Part shown: positions 1-9,861 of the stretch, piece by piece
Layout of the letters: the number at the start of each line of letters is the position of its first letter
Position numbering within the stretch: position 1 is the first letter of the stretch
Source of the DNA: Bacteroidales bacterium
Lineage (GTDB): Bacteria > Bacteroidota > Bacteroidia > Bacteroidales > UBA12077
Reading direction: 5' to 3'
NCBI GenBank assembly: GCA_028282585.1
Contig: JANQHR010000098.1
Location: 1 to 31,890 of the forward strand
Length of the DNA stretch: 31,890 nt
Position numbers and translations under genes: made by a program
Notes under the pieces: model-generated
Databases searched by the model: none
What the model was told of the DNA's origin: nothing
The model's input: the letters and a program-made list of their open reading frames with translations, nothing else

Positions 1-7
1 GAAAATA

Positions 8-98
8 CACAAAAGTCTATTAATCAATATATTATAATTTTGTGAGATTTTGTGTTTTTGTGTCTTTGTGGCGAAAATCAATCTTTTTAGACACCCTC
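8..98. repeat. Partial REP/MITE-like element with periodic TTTGTG units, cut by the window edge
   Basis: TTTGTG recurs at 39, 49, 57 and 65; CACAAAA (8-14) is complementary to TTTTGTG (38-44); ends in TTTTAGACACCCTC (85-98). Confidence 0.4.
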
Positions 99-124
99 TA
101 CATAATAAAAGCTAATTATCTAAT

Positions 125-1795
125 TTAGAACAAACCAGTTATGTTTCCATTTTCATCAATATCTATCTTTTCAGCAGAAGGCTTACCGGGTAAACCAGGC
201 ATCCGCATAATAGTACCAGCAATTGGTACTATAAATCCAGCTCCCGAAGAAAGCTCAACATCTCTGATTTTTACAGTAAAATCTTTTGGCCTTCCCTTTT
301 TATGAGCATCATCTGATAAAGATTTTTGAGTTTTAGCAATGCATACAGCTAAATTACCAAATCCCAGCTCCGTGATTTTCTTGAGCTTATTTTTTGCTTG
401 AACTGTATACTCGACATTTTTAGCTCCATACATTTTTTGCGTAATTGCATCTATTTTTTCCTCGAAACTCCATTCTAAATCATATAAAGGAGTAAAACAA
501 GTTTCGCATTCAGTAACTGCATTAACTACTTCTTCCGCCAGCTTAACGGCTCCATCGCCGCCTTTAGCCCATCCATCATTTAGCGCTACCGTAATTCCAT
601 GTTTCTCACAATGTTTTTTTAACAGTTCAATTTCAGCATCAGTATCCGACGAAAATTTATTAATAGCTACAACAGGTTTAAAGCCATAAAACATCATGTT
701 TTCAATATGCTTATCAAGATTTTCAAAACCTTTTTCGAGAGCATCCAGGTCTTCATCTTGTAAAACGGCTAATTTAGAGCCGCCATGATATTTTAACGCT
801 CTTATTGTTGCAACTATAACAACCGCATTTGGTTTTAAATTTCCATATTGAGATTTAATATTGAAGAATTTTTCAGCTCCTAAATCACTTGCAAAACCAG
901 CTTCAGTTACAACATAATCGCTCATTGACAATCCTATTTTTGTTGCAATTATGGTGTTTGTTCCCTGTGCAATATTAGCAAAAGGCCCACCATGAATAAT
1001 CGCTGGATTTCCTTCAAGCGTTTGAACAAGGTTTGGCTTTATTGCATCTTTTAAGAGAACTGCCATTGCTCCTTCTGCCTTTAAATCTCTGGCAAAAATT
1101 GCCTTTCCTTCGTAAGTGTATCCTATAAATATATTTCCCAATCTTTCTTTAAGATCTTTTAAATCCTTAGCAACACACAAGGTTGCCATAACCTCTGAAG
1201 CGGCTGTAATATTAAATCCTGTCTCTCTTGGAACTCCTTGTTTTGGACCTCCTAATCCAATAACTATATCACGTAATGAGCGCTCATTCATATCCATTAC
1301 TCTTTTCCATTCTACTGTACGAGGATCAATTCCCAGATTTCCTTCTTTAAGCTGAATATTATTATCAATAAGTGCAGACAATAAATTATGTGCTTTTTCT
1401 ACGGCAGCAAGATCCCCGGTAAAATGAAGGTTAATATCTTCCATTGGAATTACTTGCGACATTCCACCTCCTGCAGCTCCCCCTTTAATACCGAAAACCG
1501 GACCTAATGAAGGTTCTCTTAATACAACAGTAGTTTTTTTACCAATTTTATTTAATGCTTGAGTTAGCCCAATTGAAGTGGTCGTTTTTCCTTCACCAGC
1601 AGGTGTTGGTGTAATTGCAGTAACTAAAATAAGTTTAGCTTTTTTAATTTTTTCTTCATCAATAAGTTTGAGAGGTAATTTTGCTTTATATTTTCCATAT
1701 AATTCAAGGTCATCTTCAGAAATGTTTAATTGTTTAGCAATATTAACAATAGGTTTAATGTTAGCACTTTGAGCAATTTCAATGTCAGATTTCAT
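125..1795 (-). CDS. fhs: Formate--tetrahydrofolate ligase
   Basis: 556 aa; TPTPAGEGKTTT P-loop, LREPSLGPVFGIKGGAAGGG, INLHFTGD, HGGPFANIA and VTEAGF motifs. Confidence 0.97.
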   Translation of the reverse strand: MKSDIEIAQSANIKPIVNIAKQLNISEDDLELYGKYKAKLPLKLIDEEKIKKAKLILVTAITPTPAGEGKTTTSIGLTQALNKIGKKTTVVLREPSLGPVFGIKGGAAGGGMSQVIPMEDINLHFTGDLAAVEKAHNLLSALIDNNIQLKEGNLGIDPRTVEWKRVMDMNERSLRDIVIGLGGPKQGVPRETGFNITAASEVMATLCVAKDLKDLKERLGNIFIGYTYEGKAIFARDLKAEGAMAVLLKDAIKPNLVQTLEGNPAIIHGGPFANIAQGTNTIIATKIGLSMSDYVVTEAGFASDLGAEKFFNIKSQYGNLKPNAVVIVATIRALKYHGGSKLAVLQDEDLDALEKGFENLDKHIENMMFYGFKPVVAINKFSSDTDAEIELLKKHCEKHGITVALNDGWAKGGDGAVKLAEEVVNAVTECETCFTPLYDLEWSFEEKIDAITQKMYGAKNVEYTVQAKNKLKKITELGFGNLAVCIAKTQKSLSDDAHKKGRPKDFTVKIRDVELSSGAGFIVPIAGTIMRMPGLPGKPSAEKIDIDENGNITGLF

Positions 1796-1939
1796 AGTGA
1801 TTGATATTTTTTTGATTAATTATTGTAAGGTTGATTCTGATAAAATTAAAAAATCTGGATAAATAAATCCCTTGATTTGTTAATTTTTTATAGTGGAACG
1901 CTTAACAAAAAGTTTTGTTCAACTTTATTACAAAGAAAA

Positions 1940-2068
1940 GACCCGTTATAAGAAGCTACATGGGTTAGCACTTAATTTTATCTAAAAGTATATGCCTATT
2001 CCGAAAATTTCAATGAAATTCTCAGAGTAGGCAAAACAAACAATTACATTCAGTCATTGTTGACAGTT
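1940..2068 (-). repeat. Degenerate attC-like cassette-associated palindromic repeat
   Basis: Starts with ACTGTCAAC on the minus strand at the end of the hydrolase ORF; imperfect hairpin TGCCTATTC...GAGTAGGCA at 1993-2033; resembles from memory repeats that follow cassette-like genes in Bacteroidota. Confidence 0.45.
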
Positions 2069-3075
2069 TGGTATCTTGTTTCTTTTGTCCATTCAATGAA
2101 CTTTAAAAATTCCCTATTCCAATGAGTTATTTGCCCATCTTTAGTTTCTTCATGGTAAGAATGGTTGCATCCAATACAAACCTCAAAAGTTAAATTCTCC
2201 TTTCTTTTTTCAATAAATTTTATTGGCAATAAATAAGCGGTTTCAATTGGTGTACTTTCATCTTCTGTTGCAAAAAGTGCATATATTGGTATATCAATTT
2301 GTGTTAAATAATCAATGGGAGCTTTTTCATAATTGGTCCAACGTTTATTTGTGAATCCAAAATGGTCAATTTCAGTTGAATTTGGATTCTTAAGAATTTC
2401 TTTATACCATTCTAAAATACCTACTATATTTTGATGAGCTTCTTTGTCCGAAATCTTTCCTTCTAAAGCTTTGATCCTATTAAAGAGAGAAAACTCATAA
2501 AAATTATTCAATACATTACCAGACCAAAATCCCAAATGTGTTATTTTTTTATTTTTTGCTGCTAAAGCAGCTCCAATAACGGCACCTTCTGAATGCCCAT
2601 AAACAATGATTTTTTCGGTTTTATTCAAGTGATTTTCTATAATATGATTGATAGACAAATCTATTTGTTTCATTCTATAGTCCAGATAGTTATTTTTATA
2701 GTAACTTTTTGGAACTTTAATTTCTCCATCCTTATATAACCCTTCCATTCCTGGTTTAGGAATAATGGCATAGGTGTATTTAGAATCTAGGTTTTTATGA
2801 TCATCACCAAACCAACGGTAATATGTAATCTCATTTTTATTAATAGAATAGGAAAAAATGGGATTTGGGTCAGTACCCTGTATGAAAACTACTAAATTCG
2901 TTGGTTTTTCTTTGTAGCTTTTTAAAAAGTACGTAATAGTGTCATTATTTTCAATTATCTGTTCTTGAATAAAATCGAATACTTCAAGAGCATCATTAAT
3001 ATTTGGAGTATCCTTTTTTTGAGCTACAGATATTGAAAAAATAAAAATGGATAAACAGGTAAAAAATACTTTCAT
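2050..3075 (-). CDS. Secreted alpha/beta hydrolase (esterase/peptidase-like)
   Basis: Signal peptide ending SVA-Q; GHSEG nucleophile elbow; Asp in TEDESTP; His in GCNHSY. Confidence 0.8.
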   Translation of the reverse strand: MKVFFTCLSIFIFSISVAQKKDTPNINDALEVFDFIQEQIIENNDTITYFLKSYKEKPTNLVVFIQGTDPNPIFSYSINKNEITYYRWFGDDHKNLDSKYTYAIIPKPGMEGLYKDGEIKVPKSYYKNNYLDYRMKQIDLSINHIIENHLNKTEKIIVYGHSEGAVIGAALAAKNKKITHLGFWSGNVLNNFYEFSLFNRIKALEGKISDKEAHQNIVGILEWYKEILKNPNSTEIDHFGFTNKRWTNYEKAPIDYLTQIDIPIYALFATEDESTPIETAYLLPIKFIEKRKENLTFEVCIGCNHSYHEETKDGQITHWNREFLKFIEWTKETRYQTVNND

Positions 3076-3182
3076 TTATTTAAGTTTCAAATATGACGCT
3101 TTCGTAGCCTAAAGGTTACAAGTCTTTAGTTCAGAATAACTGTTAACTAGCTATTAGTCCATTAAACTTAATCAAAACTTAA

Positions 3183-3208
3183 AATCTCAATAATCTGATC
3201 TTGAGATT
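3183..3208 (-). terminator. Possible terminator hairpin downstream of gldB
   Basis: AATCTCAA / TTGAGATT inverted repeat followed by T-rich sequence on the minus strand. Confidence 0.35.
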
Positions 3209-3227
3209 AATAAATAATCTGAAAAAT

Positions 3228-4238
3228 TTACGGTTCATATCTCGACTCTGAAAGAATCTTTTGATAATCATTATCTAACATAAGTTCTTTTAAAGATAGT
3301 TCAGGATTTTTTTTCATGTAAGTTTTAACAATTTGCCAACCCAACCAAACTGATGCTCTTCCCGGCGAATTACTCGGATATCCAACCGTAAAAGGAGCAG
3401 GATTTATGTGTTGATTAATTGTCATGTAGTCGGTACTAAAAAGTAGCTTATTTTCTATTAAATAATTCCACATTTGTCTTTCATTTCCAATGCACCATTT
3501 TATTTGATTACCGGTAAAACCAATTTTTAATGAATCGGGCGTATTAGGGAACATAGCGTCAAGAAAATATTGAATTTTTCCATGATAAACCATATTGTTT
3601 ATGAGGTTATCAACGGAATCTTTATAAACAAATTCAGTTAGCCCCCACGATTTTAATGCATCAACTGGAATATTCTCTGGATTCATATTGTTTTGAAGAT
3701 AATTTGCTATACCTAATCGATCATAAAACTCACAATCTCTGCCTAAATATTTATCCGTACCTATTCCTAAAATACTATCCGAAACCACTATAGATTGATT
3801 AAAACCTCCAATGTAGGTATAAACTGACGGAATAATTCTTTCCGGAAAATGATATCTATATCTTTTAAATGCCTCTTCGATGTTTGATTCTATATCTTTA
3901 AGATCGGGAAAAGTATTCATAACCTTTTCATGAACCTTATTCATGGTATAATCAGTGATAAAACCGGTTAACTCATCAGCATACTCTTCCTGATATGGAT
4001 TTCCCAATCGTATTATTCTGTAGCTATATAATTCAAAAAAATCACCATAACTATTAATAACGTCTGGTAATTCATCTGCTACATTCCCCGGATCAATTTC
4101 AAAAATATCATTATCCAGTCTTTTAATATTTATATCCAGGTTAATTTTTGATATATCAATGTCTAATTGATTATTTCGTTTGCAAGCAGTAAAAACTGAT
4201 AACAAAACAATTAGAAAAGCAATTCCTTTTTTGATCAT
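3228..4238 (-). CDS. gldB: Gliding motility lipoprotein GldB family
   Basis: Lipobox FTA-C; IKRLD..IF, LGIGTDKYLG, NMVYHGKIQYF, PAPFT...SPGRASVWLGWQIV and SRYEP C-terminus; next to nadE as in other Bacteroidota. Confidence 0.85.
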   Translation of the reverse strand: MIKKGIAFLIVLLSVFTACKRNNQLDIDISKINLDINIKRLDNDIFEIDPGNVADELPDVINSYGDFFELYSYRIIRLGNPYQEEYADELTGFITDYTMNKVHEKVMNTFPDLKDIESNIEEAFKRYRYHFPERIIPSVYTYIGGFNQSIVVSDSILGIGTDKYLGRDCEFYDRLGIANYLQNNMNPENIPVDALKSWGLTEFVYKDSVDNLINNMVYHGKIQYFLDAMFPNTPDSLKIGFTGNQIKWCIGNERQMWNYLIENKLLFSTDYMTINQHINPAPFTVGYPSNSPGRASVWLGWQIVKTYMKKNPELSLKELMLDNDYQKILSESRYEP

Positions 4239-4334
4239 TATACAATAATTTTAATTAATCTTTATTACTATATTAAAAAGGTCTGATTTTTGTTTTCAAT
4301 CCTTAAAATCACTTTCTATCCTGTGATTTTTATA

Positions 4335-4342
4335 TATTTTTG
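4335..4342 (+). promoter_or_regulatory. Bacteroidota sigma-A -7 promoter element
   Basis: TATTTTTG matches TAnnTTTG, 27 bp upstream of ATG 4370. Confidence 0.55.
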
Positions 4343-4369
4343 TATTAACTAAAAATAAAGCCTAAAAGT

Positions 4370-5029
4370 ATGAAAAAGTATTTATTTATTACAATATTAC
4401 TCATTTCAAGTATTCAAGTATTTGCGCAGCAAACTAATTTAAGATTTACCGTATTTGTTGATCCGAAATTTTCGTGGATGAAATCTGATTATAATGCTAT
4501 TGAAAATGATGGAACTAAAATGGGAGTAAACATTGGTTTAAATGTCGATAACTTTTTTGCAGATAATTACGCAATTATGACAGGTATTTCCATTGATAAT
4601 ACCGGAGGGAATTTAAAATTTGAAGATGGGAAAATATTAAAAACCGGAAGTGGTGAAGAAACTATTGATCCGGGAAGCGTTATTACTTACAAACTGCAAT
4701 ATATTAATGTTCCGCTAGGATTAAAATTAAAAACGAACGAAATTGGTTATTGGACATTTTTTACGCATCTTGGACTAAACAGTGGTATCAATATCAAGGC
4801 AACTGCAGAAGTTGACGGAGATGAATTAGAAAATGAAAATATTAGTGATGAAGTTAATTTATTTAACCTGGGATATTATATAGGTGCAGGTGCAGAATAC
4901 TCGATTGGAGGAAATGCTGCCATTGTTGTTGGTTTAACTTACACGAACGGATTTGTTGACATTACTGACGGTAATGACAGTAAAGTAACGTTAAGTAATG
5001 TTGCTATAAGATTAGGTGTACTATTTTAA
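4370..5029 (+). CDS. Outer membrane beta-barrel protein (PorT-like)
   Basis: Signal peptide ending FA-Q; YKLQYINVPLGLKLKT motif; amphipathic strands; C-terminal Phe. Confidence 0.8.
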   Translation: MKKYLFITILLISSIQVFAQQTNLRFTVFVDPKFSWMKSDYNAIENDGTKMGVNIGLNVDNFFADNYAIMTGISIDNTGGNLKFEDGKILKTGSGEETIDPGSVITYKLQYINVPLGLKLKTNEIGYWTFFTHLGLNSGINIKATAEVDGDELENENISDEVNLFNLGYYIGAGAEYSIGGNAAIVVGLTYTNGFVDITDGNDSKVTLSNVAIRLGVLF

Positions 5030-5054
5030 AATTGTTTCTTAAATATTAAACTAT

Positions 5055-6713
5055 ATGAAAATTGCTCTGGCTCAACTCAATTATCATATAGGTAATTTCG
5101 AGAAAAATACATTAAAAATTATTAATCAGATTGAGATCGCCAAGAAGGATGAAGTTGATCTGCTTATATTTTCGGAATTATCAGTATGCGGTTATCCCCC
5201 ACAGGATTTGTTAGAAAAAAAAACATTTATTGAACATTGTGAAATTGCAATTGAGAAAATTACTCCGTATTGTAATGAGATTGCGGTAATAGTAGGCTCT
5301 CCAACAATAAATTATCATAAAAAGGGGAAAAAGCTTTACAATTCTGCAATATTTATTGCGGAAAATAAAGTACAATATATTCAAAATAAAACTCTACTTC
5401 CTACCTATGATATATTTGATGAATACAGATATTTTGAGCCAAATGATAAATTCAATGTTATTGAGTACAAAGAAAAAAAGATTGCTATAACCATCTGCGA
5501 AGATCTATGGGATTTTCAACCTGTTGAAAACACTTTTGCTAAAAATCAGCTTTATAATATAACACCGATGGAAAAATTGGCTGAACATAAACCTGATTTA
5601 ATTATAAATATTGCAGCTTCTCCATTTTCATATACAAAAATATGGGGGCGTAAAAATATATTTATCCGCAATGCAAAAAAATATAAACTTCCGCTGTTTA
5701 ATATAAACCAGGTTGGTGCGCAAACTGAATTAATTTTCGACGGAGGCTCATTAGTGGTGAATCCTGATGGTACAATTGCTGATGAAATGAAACTTTTTGA
5801 GGAAGATTATAAAGTATATGATCTGAATGAGATCAATAAGTGTTCGCTCAAAAAAAACATTGATGAAGACCCTGATGTTATAGCCAAAATACATGATGCT
5901 CTTGTTTTAGGAATCAGAGATTATTTTAAAAAGATGAATTTTTCGTCTGCAACATTAGGGTTATCCGGTGGTATTGATTCGGCTGTTTCTTTAGTTATAG
6001 CTGTAAGAGCATTAGGTGCAGAGAATCTCAGAGTGCTTTTACTTCCCTCAAAATATTCATCTGATCATTCTATTACGGATGCTGAATCTTTAGCAAAGAA
6101 CCTTGGAGTTAAGTATGATTTGGTGAACATCCAGGAAGTGGTAGATAGTTTTAATAAGTCTTTAAAATCCGTATTTAAAGGTTTAACCGAAGATATTACC
6201 GAAGAGAATATTCAAGCTCGCGCAAGAGGTACGATCTTAATGGCGTTATCCAATAAATTCGGTCATATTCTATTAAATACTTCTAATAAAAGTGAAGCTG
6301 CTGTTGGTTATGGTACCTTGTATGGTGATATGAATGGAGGTTTATCGGTTTTGGGAGATATTTATAAAGCCGATGTTTATAAACTTGCTCGGTACATTAA
6401 CAAAGATTCAGAGGTAATTCCTGAAAATACTATCGTAAAGCCACCTTCTGCAGAACTTAAGCCCGATCAGAAGGACTCTGATTCATTACCTGATTATGAT
6501 GTATTGGATAAAATTCTTTTTGAATACATTGAGCTTCAAAAACCATTGGAGGAGATAACAGAAGGAGGTTGGGATAAAACTTTGGTTGAAAGAATCATAA
6601 AATTAGTTGATACAAATGAATACAAGCGGTATCAGGCTCCTCCTATTTTAAGGATTTCATCAAAAGCTTTCGGTGCAGGACGTAGAATGCCTTTAGTTGC
6701 AAAATATAATTAA
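5055..6713 (+). CDS. nadE: Glutamine-dependent NAD+ synthetase
   Basis: N-terminal nitrilase domain (FSEL, KTLLPTYDIFDEYRYF, ICEDLW) and synthetase domain (LGLSGGIDS, ENIQARARG, NKSE, GYGTLYGD, PPSAEL). Confidence 0.96.
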   Translation: MKIALAQLNYHIGNFEKNTLKIINQIEIAKKDEVDLLIFSELSVCGYPPQDLLEKKTFIEHCEIAIEKITPYCNEIAVIVGSPTINYHKKGKKLYNSAIFIAENKVQYIQNKTLLPTYDIFDEYRYFEPNDKFNVIEYKEKKIAITICEDLWDFQPVENTFAKNQLYNITPMEKLAEHKPDLIINIAASPFSYTKIWGRKNIFIRNAKKYKLPLFNINQVGAQTELIFDGGSLVVNPDGTIADEMKLFEEDYKVYDLNEINKCSLKKNIDEDPDVIAKIHDALVLGIRDYFKKMNFSSATLGLSGGIDSAVSLVIAVRALGAENLRVLLLPSKYSSDHSITDAESLAKNLGVKYDLVNIQEVVDSFNKSLKSVFKGLTEDITEENIQARARGTILMALSNKFGHILLNTSNKSEAAVGYGTLYGDMNGGLSVLGDIYKADVYKLARYINKDSEVIPENTIVKPPSAELKPDQKDSDSLPDYDVLDKILFEYIELQKPLEEITEGGWDKTLVERIIKLVDTNEYKRYQAPPILRISSKAFGAGRRMPLVAKYN

Positions 6714-6818
6714 AAGAAAAAGAAGAATCTGTTTAATCCTTCCTTTCTATATTCAGTCATATATTACAACTAAATACCAATTTTCAGGAAAATATTTTAT
6801 AGTTTTAGCTGAAAATTA

Positions 6819-6826
6819 TACATTTG
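6819..6826 (+). promoter_or_regulatory. Bacteroidota sigma-A -7 promoter element
   Basis: TACATTTG, 36 bp upstream of the Crp/Fnr gene. Confidence 0.55.
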
Positions 6827-6862
6827 TATGTTTTTTAACATATTTTTATAAAAAATACATCA

Positions 6863-7555
6863 ATGAACATTGAGTGCCATAATATAATCGATAACCAAAT
6901 GTCTGTTTTTAGTGTTCTTAATGAAGAAGAAAAAGAACTTCTAAAGAAAAACAGCACATGTACGTATTACAAGAAAAACGATATTATTTATAAAGAAGGA
7001 GATAAACCAAGCGGATTAATTTGTCTTTCCAAAGGAAAAGTAAAAATATTTAAAGAAGGTGTTGGAGGAAGAGAACAGATCGTTCGAATGGCAAAACCAG
7101 TTGGATTCATAGGTTACCGCGCACTTTTTGCAGAACAAAACTATCTTGCATCAGCAGAGGCTATTGAAGATAGTGTTATTTGTACAATTGAAAAAGATAC
7201 ATTATTTAAAATCTTAAAAACTAATTACGAACTTGCTTTTAGTATAATTCGCTCTTTGGCTTCGGAACTTGGTTTTTCAAATAATAGAACAGTTACCCTT
7301 ACGCAAAAACATATTCGTGGACGTTTAGCAGAATCTTTATTATTCTTAAAAGATACTTATGGAGTGGAAGATGATAATGCAACTATAAAAGTTTATCTTT
7401 CACGAGAAGATATAGCCAACCTTTCGAATATGACTACATCCAATGCAATTAGAACCCTTTCAACTTTTGCCAGTGAAAAAATTATAGCTTTGGACGGTAG
7501 AAAAATCAAGATTTTAGATTTTAAAGGATTGGAAAGAATAAGTGAATTAGGATAA
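6863..7555 (+). CDS. Crp/Fnr family transcriptional regulator
   Basis: cNMP-binding domain (IIYKEGD, GKVKIFK) and C-terminal HTH (LSREDIANLSNMTTSNAIRTLS). Confidence 0.92.
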   Translation: MNIECHNIIDNQMSVFSVLNEEEKELLKKNSTCTYYKKNDIIYKEGDKPSGLICLSKGKVKIFKEGVGGREQIVRMAKPVGFIGYRALFAEQNYLASAEAIEDSVICTIEKDTLFKILKTNYELAFSIIRSLASELGFSNNRTVTLTQKHIRGRLAESLLFLKDTYGVEDDNATIKVYLSREDIANLSNMTTSNAIRTLSTFASEKIIALDGRKIKILDFKGLERISELG

Positions 7556-7575
7556 ATCCATAGTTATAGTTAAAA

Positions 7576-9009
7576 TTATTTAAACGAAAGAGATTCCAGG
7601 AAGTTTTTGTCCGTCATAAAATTGGTATCCAATTCACCTTTTACATACATCTCTTTGAATAGTAGTAAATTTTCCGCAGTTTTAGGATTATTGGTGTCAT
7701 AAAGAATTCTGCTAGCTTCCTTAATTTTCAACGTGTCCAGTTTAACATTTTTACCCTGAGATTTTTCAAAGTAAAAATCTACCGTATTTTCTATACCTTC
7801 ATCTAAAATTGATGTTACAACTAACTGTGTTAGATCAATTTTTGTTGAGTCATCCAGTACTTGTTGAATTTCCCTGATAATGGAATAATTAAGCGATGAT
7901 GAAGTATGATTTAGAACAATTACCGTGTTTGTATCTTCAACGTATCTAAACAAACTAGTTCTAAATCCATTCCATTTTCCATGATGATAAGCTACCTTCT
8001 TATTATTTCTTTTGCGAATTCTAAATCCAAAGCCATAAGGAATTTCATATCTATTGCGTAATTTAAAAGTGGAGATAGACTCATTCATAGTTTCTTCCGA
8101 TACCAAATTACTATTGTATAAAGCTTGATCCCATTTAAATAGATCTTCGGTTGTTGAATAAATCCCTTTATCACCCACCGCACCATCATTAACAGTCTCA
8201 GGGATCATTCTATACCGCCGTCCTCTATAATAATATCCAATTAACCTTTCTTTCTTCTCGTTATTTTCTGCACTACTGTAAACAAAAGAATTATTCATTT
8301 CCAATGGATCAAATATATTTTCTTTCATAAATTCGGCAAAAGATTGTTGAGAAATTCTTTCAACAATTGACGCTAAGACAATATATCCTGTATTTGAATA
8401 ATCCCATCTCCTACCTGGCGTAAAGTACAGATTCAATTTATGTTCTGCCATCATTTTCAGGATTTCCTCATTATTAGGGGCTCCATTACCATGCCAATGA
8501 TTTTCTACCAACCAGTAATAATTTGGTAATCCTGATGTATGGTTTAATAGCATCCTAACCGTTATCCCTGGATAAGGAAATTCAGGAATATATTTTATTA
8601 CAGAATCTTCATAATTTAACAGATTTCGCTCCTTAAGAATCATTACCGCCATCGCTGTAAATTGCTTACTAACCGAGGCTAACTGAAAGATGTCATCATT
8701 TTCAAGTTTCTTCCTTCTAAGCATGTCCGAATATCCGAAAGACTCATTATAAATACAATAGCCTTTATAAGCCACAAGAACATTCCCGTTAAAGTAGTGA
8801 TTCTTTGACTTAGCCTGAAGAATTGAATCTATATCCTCTGCTTTATCCTGATAAAATATTTGCTCAATTTCTTTCTTTGTTGATTTTGAAACTATTTCTT
8901 TCTTACTAATAGCTGCACCAAACAAATCAAGTCGGATACTTACAGTTACCACAATGAAAATAAATGTAAGTGATATAAGAGAAAATATTTTTAAGTATTT
9001 GTAATCCAT
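7576..9009 (-). CDS. Serine hydrolase, beta-lactamase class C / AmpH-like family
   Basis: SxxK (FQLASVSK), LLNHTSGL, YSN, HHG motif; N-terminal membrane anchor. Confidence 0.9.
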   Translation of the reverse strand: MDYKYLKIFSLISLTFIFIVVTVSIRLDLFGAAISKKEIVSKSTKKEIEQIFYQDKAEDIDSILQAKSKNHYFNGNVLVAYKGYCIYNESFGYSDMLRRKKLENDDIFQLASVSKQFTAMAVMILKERNLLNYEDSVIKYIPEFPYPGITVRMLLNHTSGLPNYYWLVENHWHGNGAPNNEEILKMMAEHKLNLYFTPGRRWDYSNTGYIVLASIVERISQQSFAEFMKENIFDPLEMNNSFVYSSAENNEKKERLIGYYYRGRRYRMIPETVNDGAVGDKGIYSTTEDLFKWDQALYNSNLVSEETMNESISTFKLRNRYEIPYGFGFRIRKRNNKKVAYHHGKWNGFRTSLFRYVEDTNTVIVLNHTSSSLNYSIIREIQQVLDDSTKIDLTQLVVTSILDEGIENTVDFYFEKSQGKNVKLDTLKIKEASRILYDTNNPKTAENLLLFKEMYVKGELDTNFMTDKNFLESLSFK

Positions 9010-9063
9010 ATACTTTCGTAAGAATTTAACATTCTCCTAAAGCGGCAAATTAAAACAAATTTT

Positions 9064-9195
9064 ATGTTGAATCAAAGCCTTGACCCCTTAAAATCCTTTA
9101 TTCGTGGGGTATTCCAAATATAAATCTTTATCTCAGGCGGCAACGTAAATGGGCTAAGAACCCTATAAAATAAGAACTTTGAGAGTTTTCAACAT
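9064..9195. ncRNA. Candidate rod-shaped ncRNA, possibly 6S-like; strand unresolved
   Basis: ATGTTGAA (9064-9071) pairs with TTCAACAT (9188-9195); TCAAAG (9072-9077) pairs with CTTTGA (9177-9182); about 130 nt, intergenic. Confidence 0.45.
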
Positions 9196-9250
9196 GCTAA
9201 CCTTTTGAATCAATTATAAATTAAAAAATGTGGAAAAATTATTACTTCTG

Positions 9251-9290
9251 ATCTATGCTTAGCACCTTAAAGGTGCTGACTGAGCATAGA
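9251..9290. repeat. REP-like hairpin at the RAYT 3' end
   Basis: ATCTATGCT-TAGCACCT-TAA-AGGTGCTGA-CTG-AGCATAGAT imperfect palindrome. Confidence 0.7.
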
Positions 9291-9292
9291 TT

Positions 9293-9841
9293 CTACCAAA
9301 TGCTATCCAGACACTTTTCATTCAAGCTATACAAACACTGGGCTTCAAAATTGTCCTTGTCAAAATTTATCAACTCATATGCCAACTTCTTATTTACAAT
9401 TGTGCCATTTCTTAAATTGGCAAAATCAAGATGCGAGCTAAATTCCCAATTAACTAGATCATTACATAATCTTGCGTTTAATGGATTTTGATGAATGTAG
9501 AAAAAACAAGTTATCGTATACCTTGGATCATTGACTCCACTTAAACACTTTGCTTTTGTATTATGAGAAAATAAATAGCCTCTTCTTCCTATCTCTTTAT
9601 TTAGGCCTTTTGTATAAGCACTCAGAATAGTTCCTATATTTTTTGAAAGTAATTGAACATTTGGCCTATGTCTTTCATTAATAGGTTCGCAACTTTTTTC
9701 GTTTGTAGCTATTAAAAAATGAAAGTGGTTAGGCATTAAGCACCAGGCCTGTATATCCGCAATAGGAACAATATGACTCTTGACTTTGGATAAAAAGAAT
9801 AAATAGTATTGAAAACTTAGCTGATAATTAGCACTGTACAA
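9293..9841 (-). mobile_element. REP-associated tyrosine transposase (RAYT, Y1 HUH), apparently 5'-truncated
   Basis: AWCLMPNHFHFL HUH motif, AYTKGLNK...GYLF, YIHQNP catalytic Tyr, WEFSS; lacks the N-terminal YHIYNRG motif. Confidence 0.85.
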
Positions 9842-9860
9842 GTACTGAGCATCAGTTAGA
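9817..9860. repeat. REP-like hairpin at the RAYT 5' end
   Basis: TAGCTGAT-AAT-TAGCACT-GTAC-AAGTACTGA-GC-ATCAGTTA; shares the TTAGCAC...GT(A/G)CTGA core with 9251-9290. Confidence 0.6.
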
Positions 9861-9861
9861 C

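Noticed and set aside
6714-6750. Possible terminator after nadE
   Set aside because: The purine and pyrimidine tracts pair only with several mismatches on the plus strand
7576-9009. Antibiotic-resistance beta-lactamase
   Set aside because: A membrane-anchored AmpH-like serine hydrolase with generic family motifs; nothing indicates resistance function
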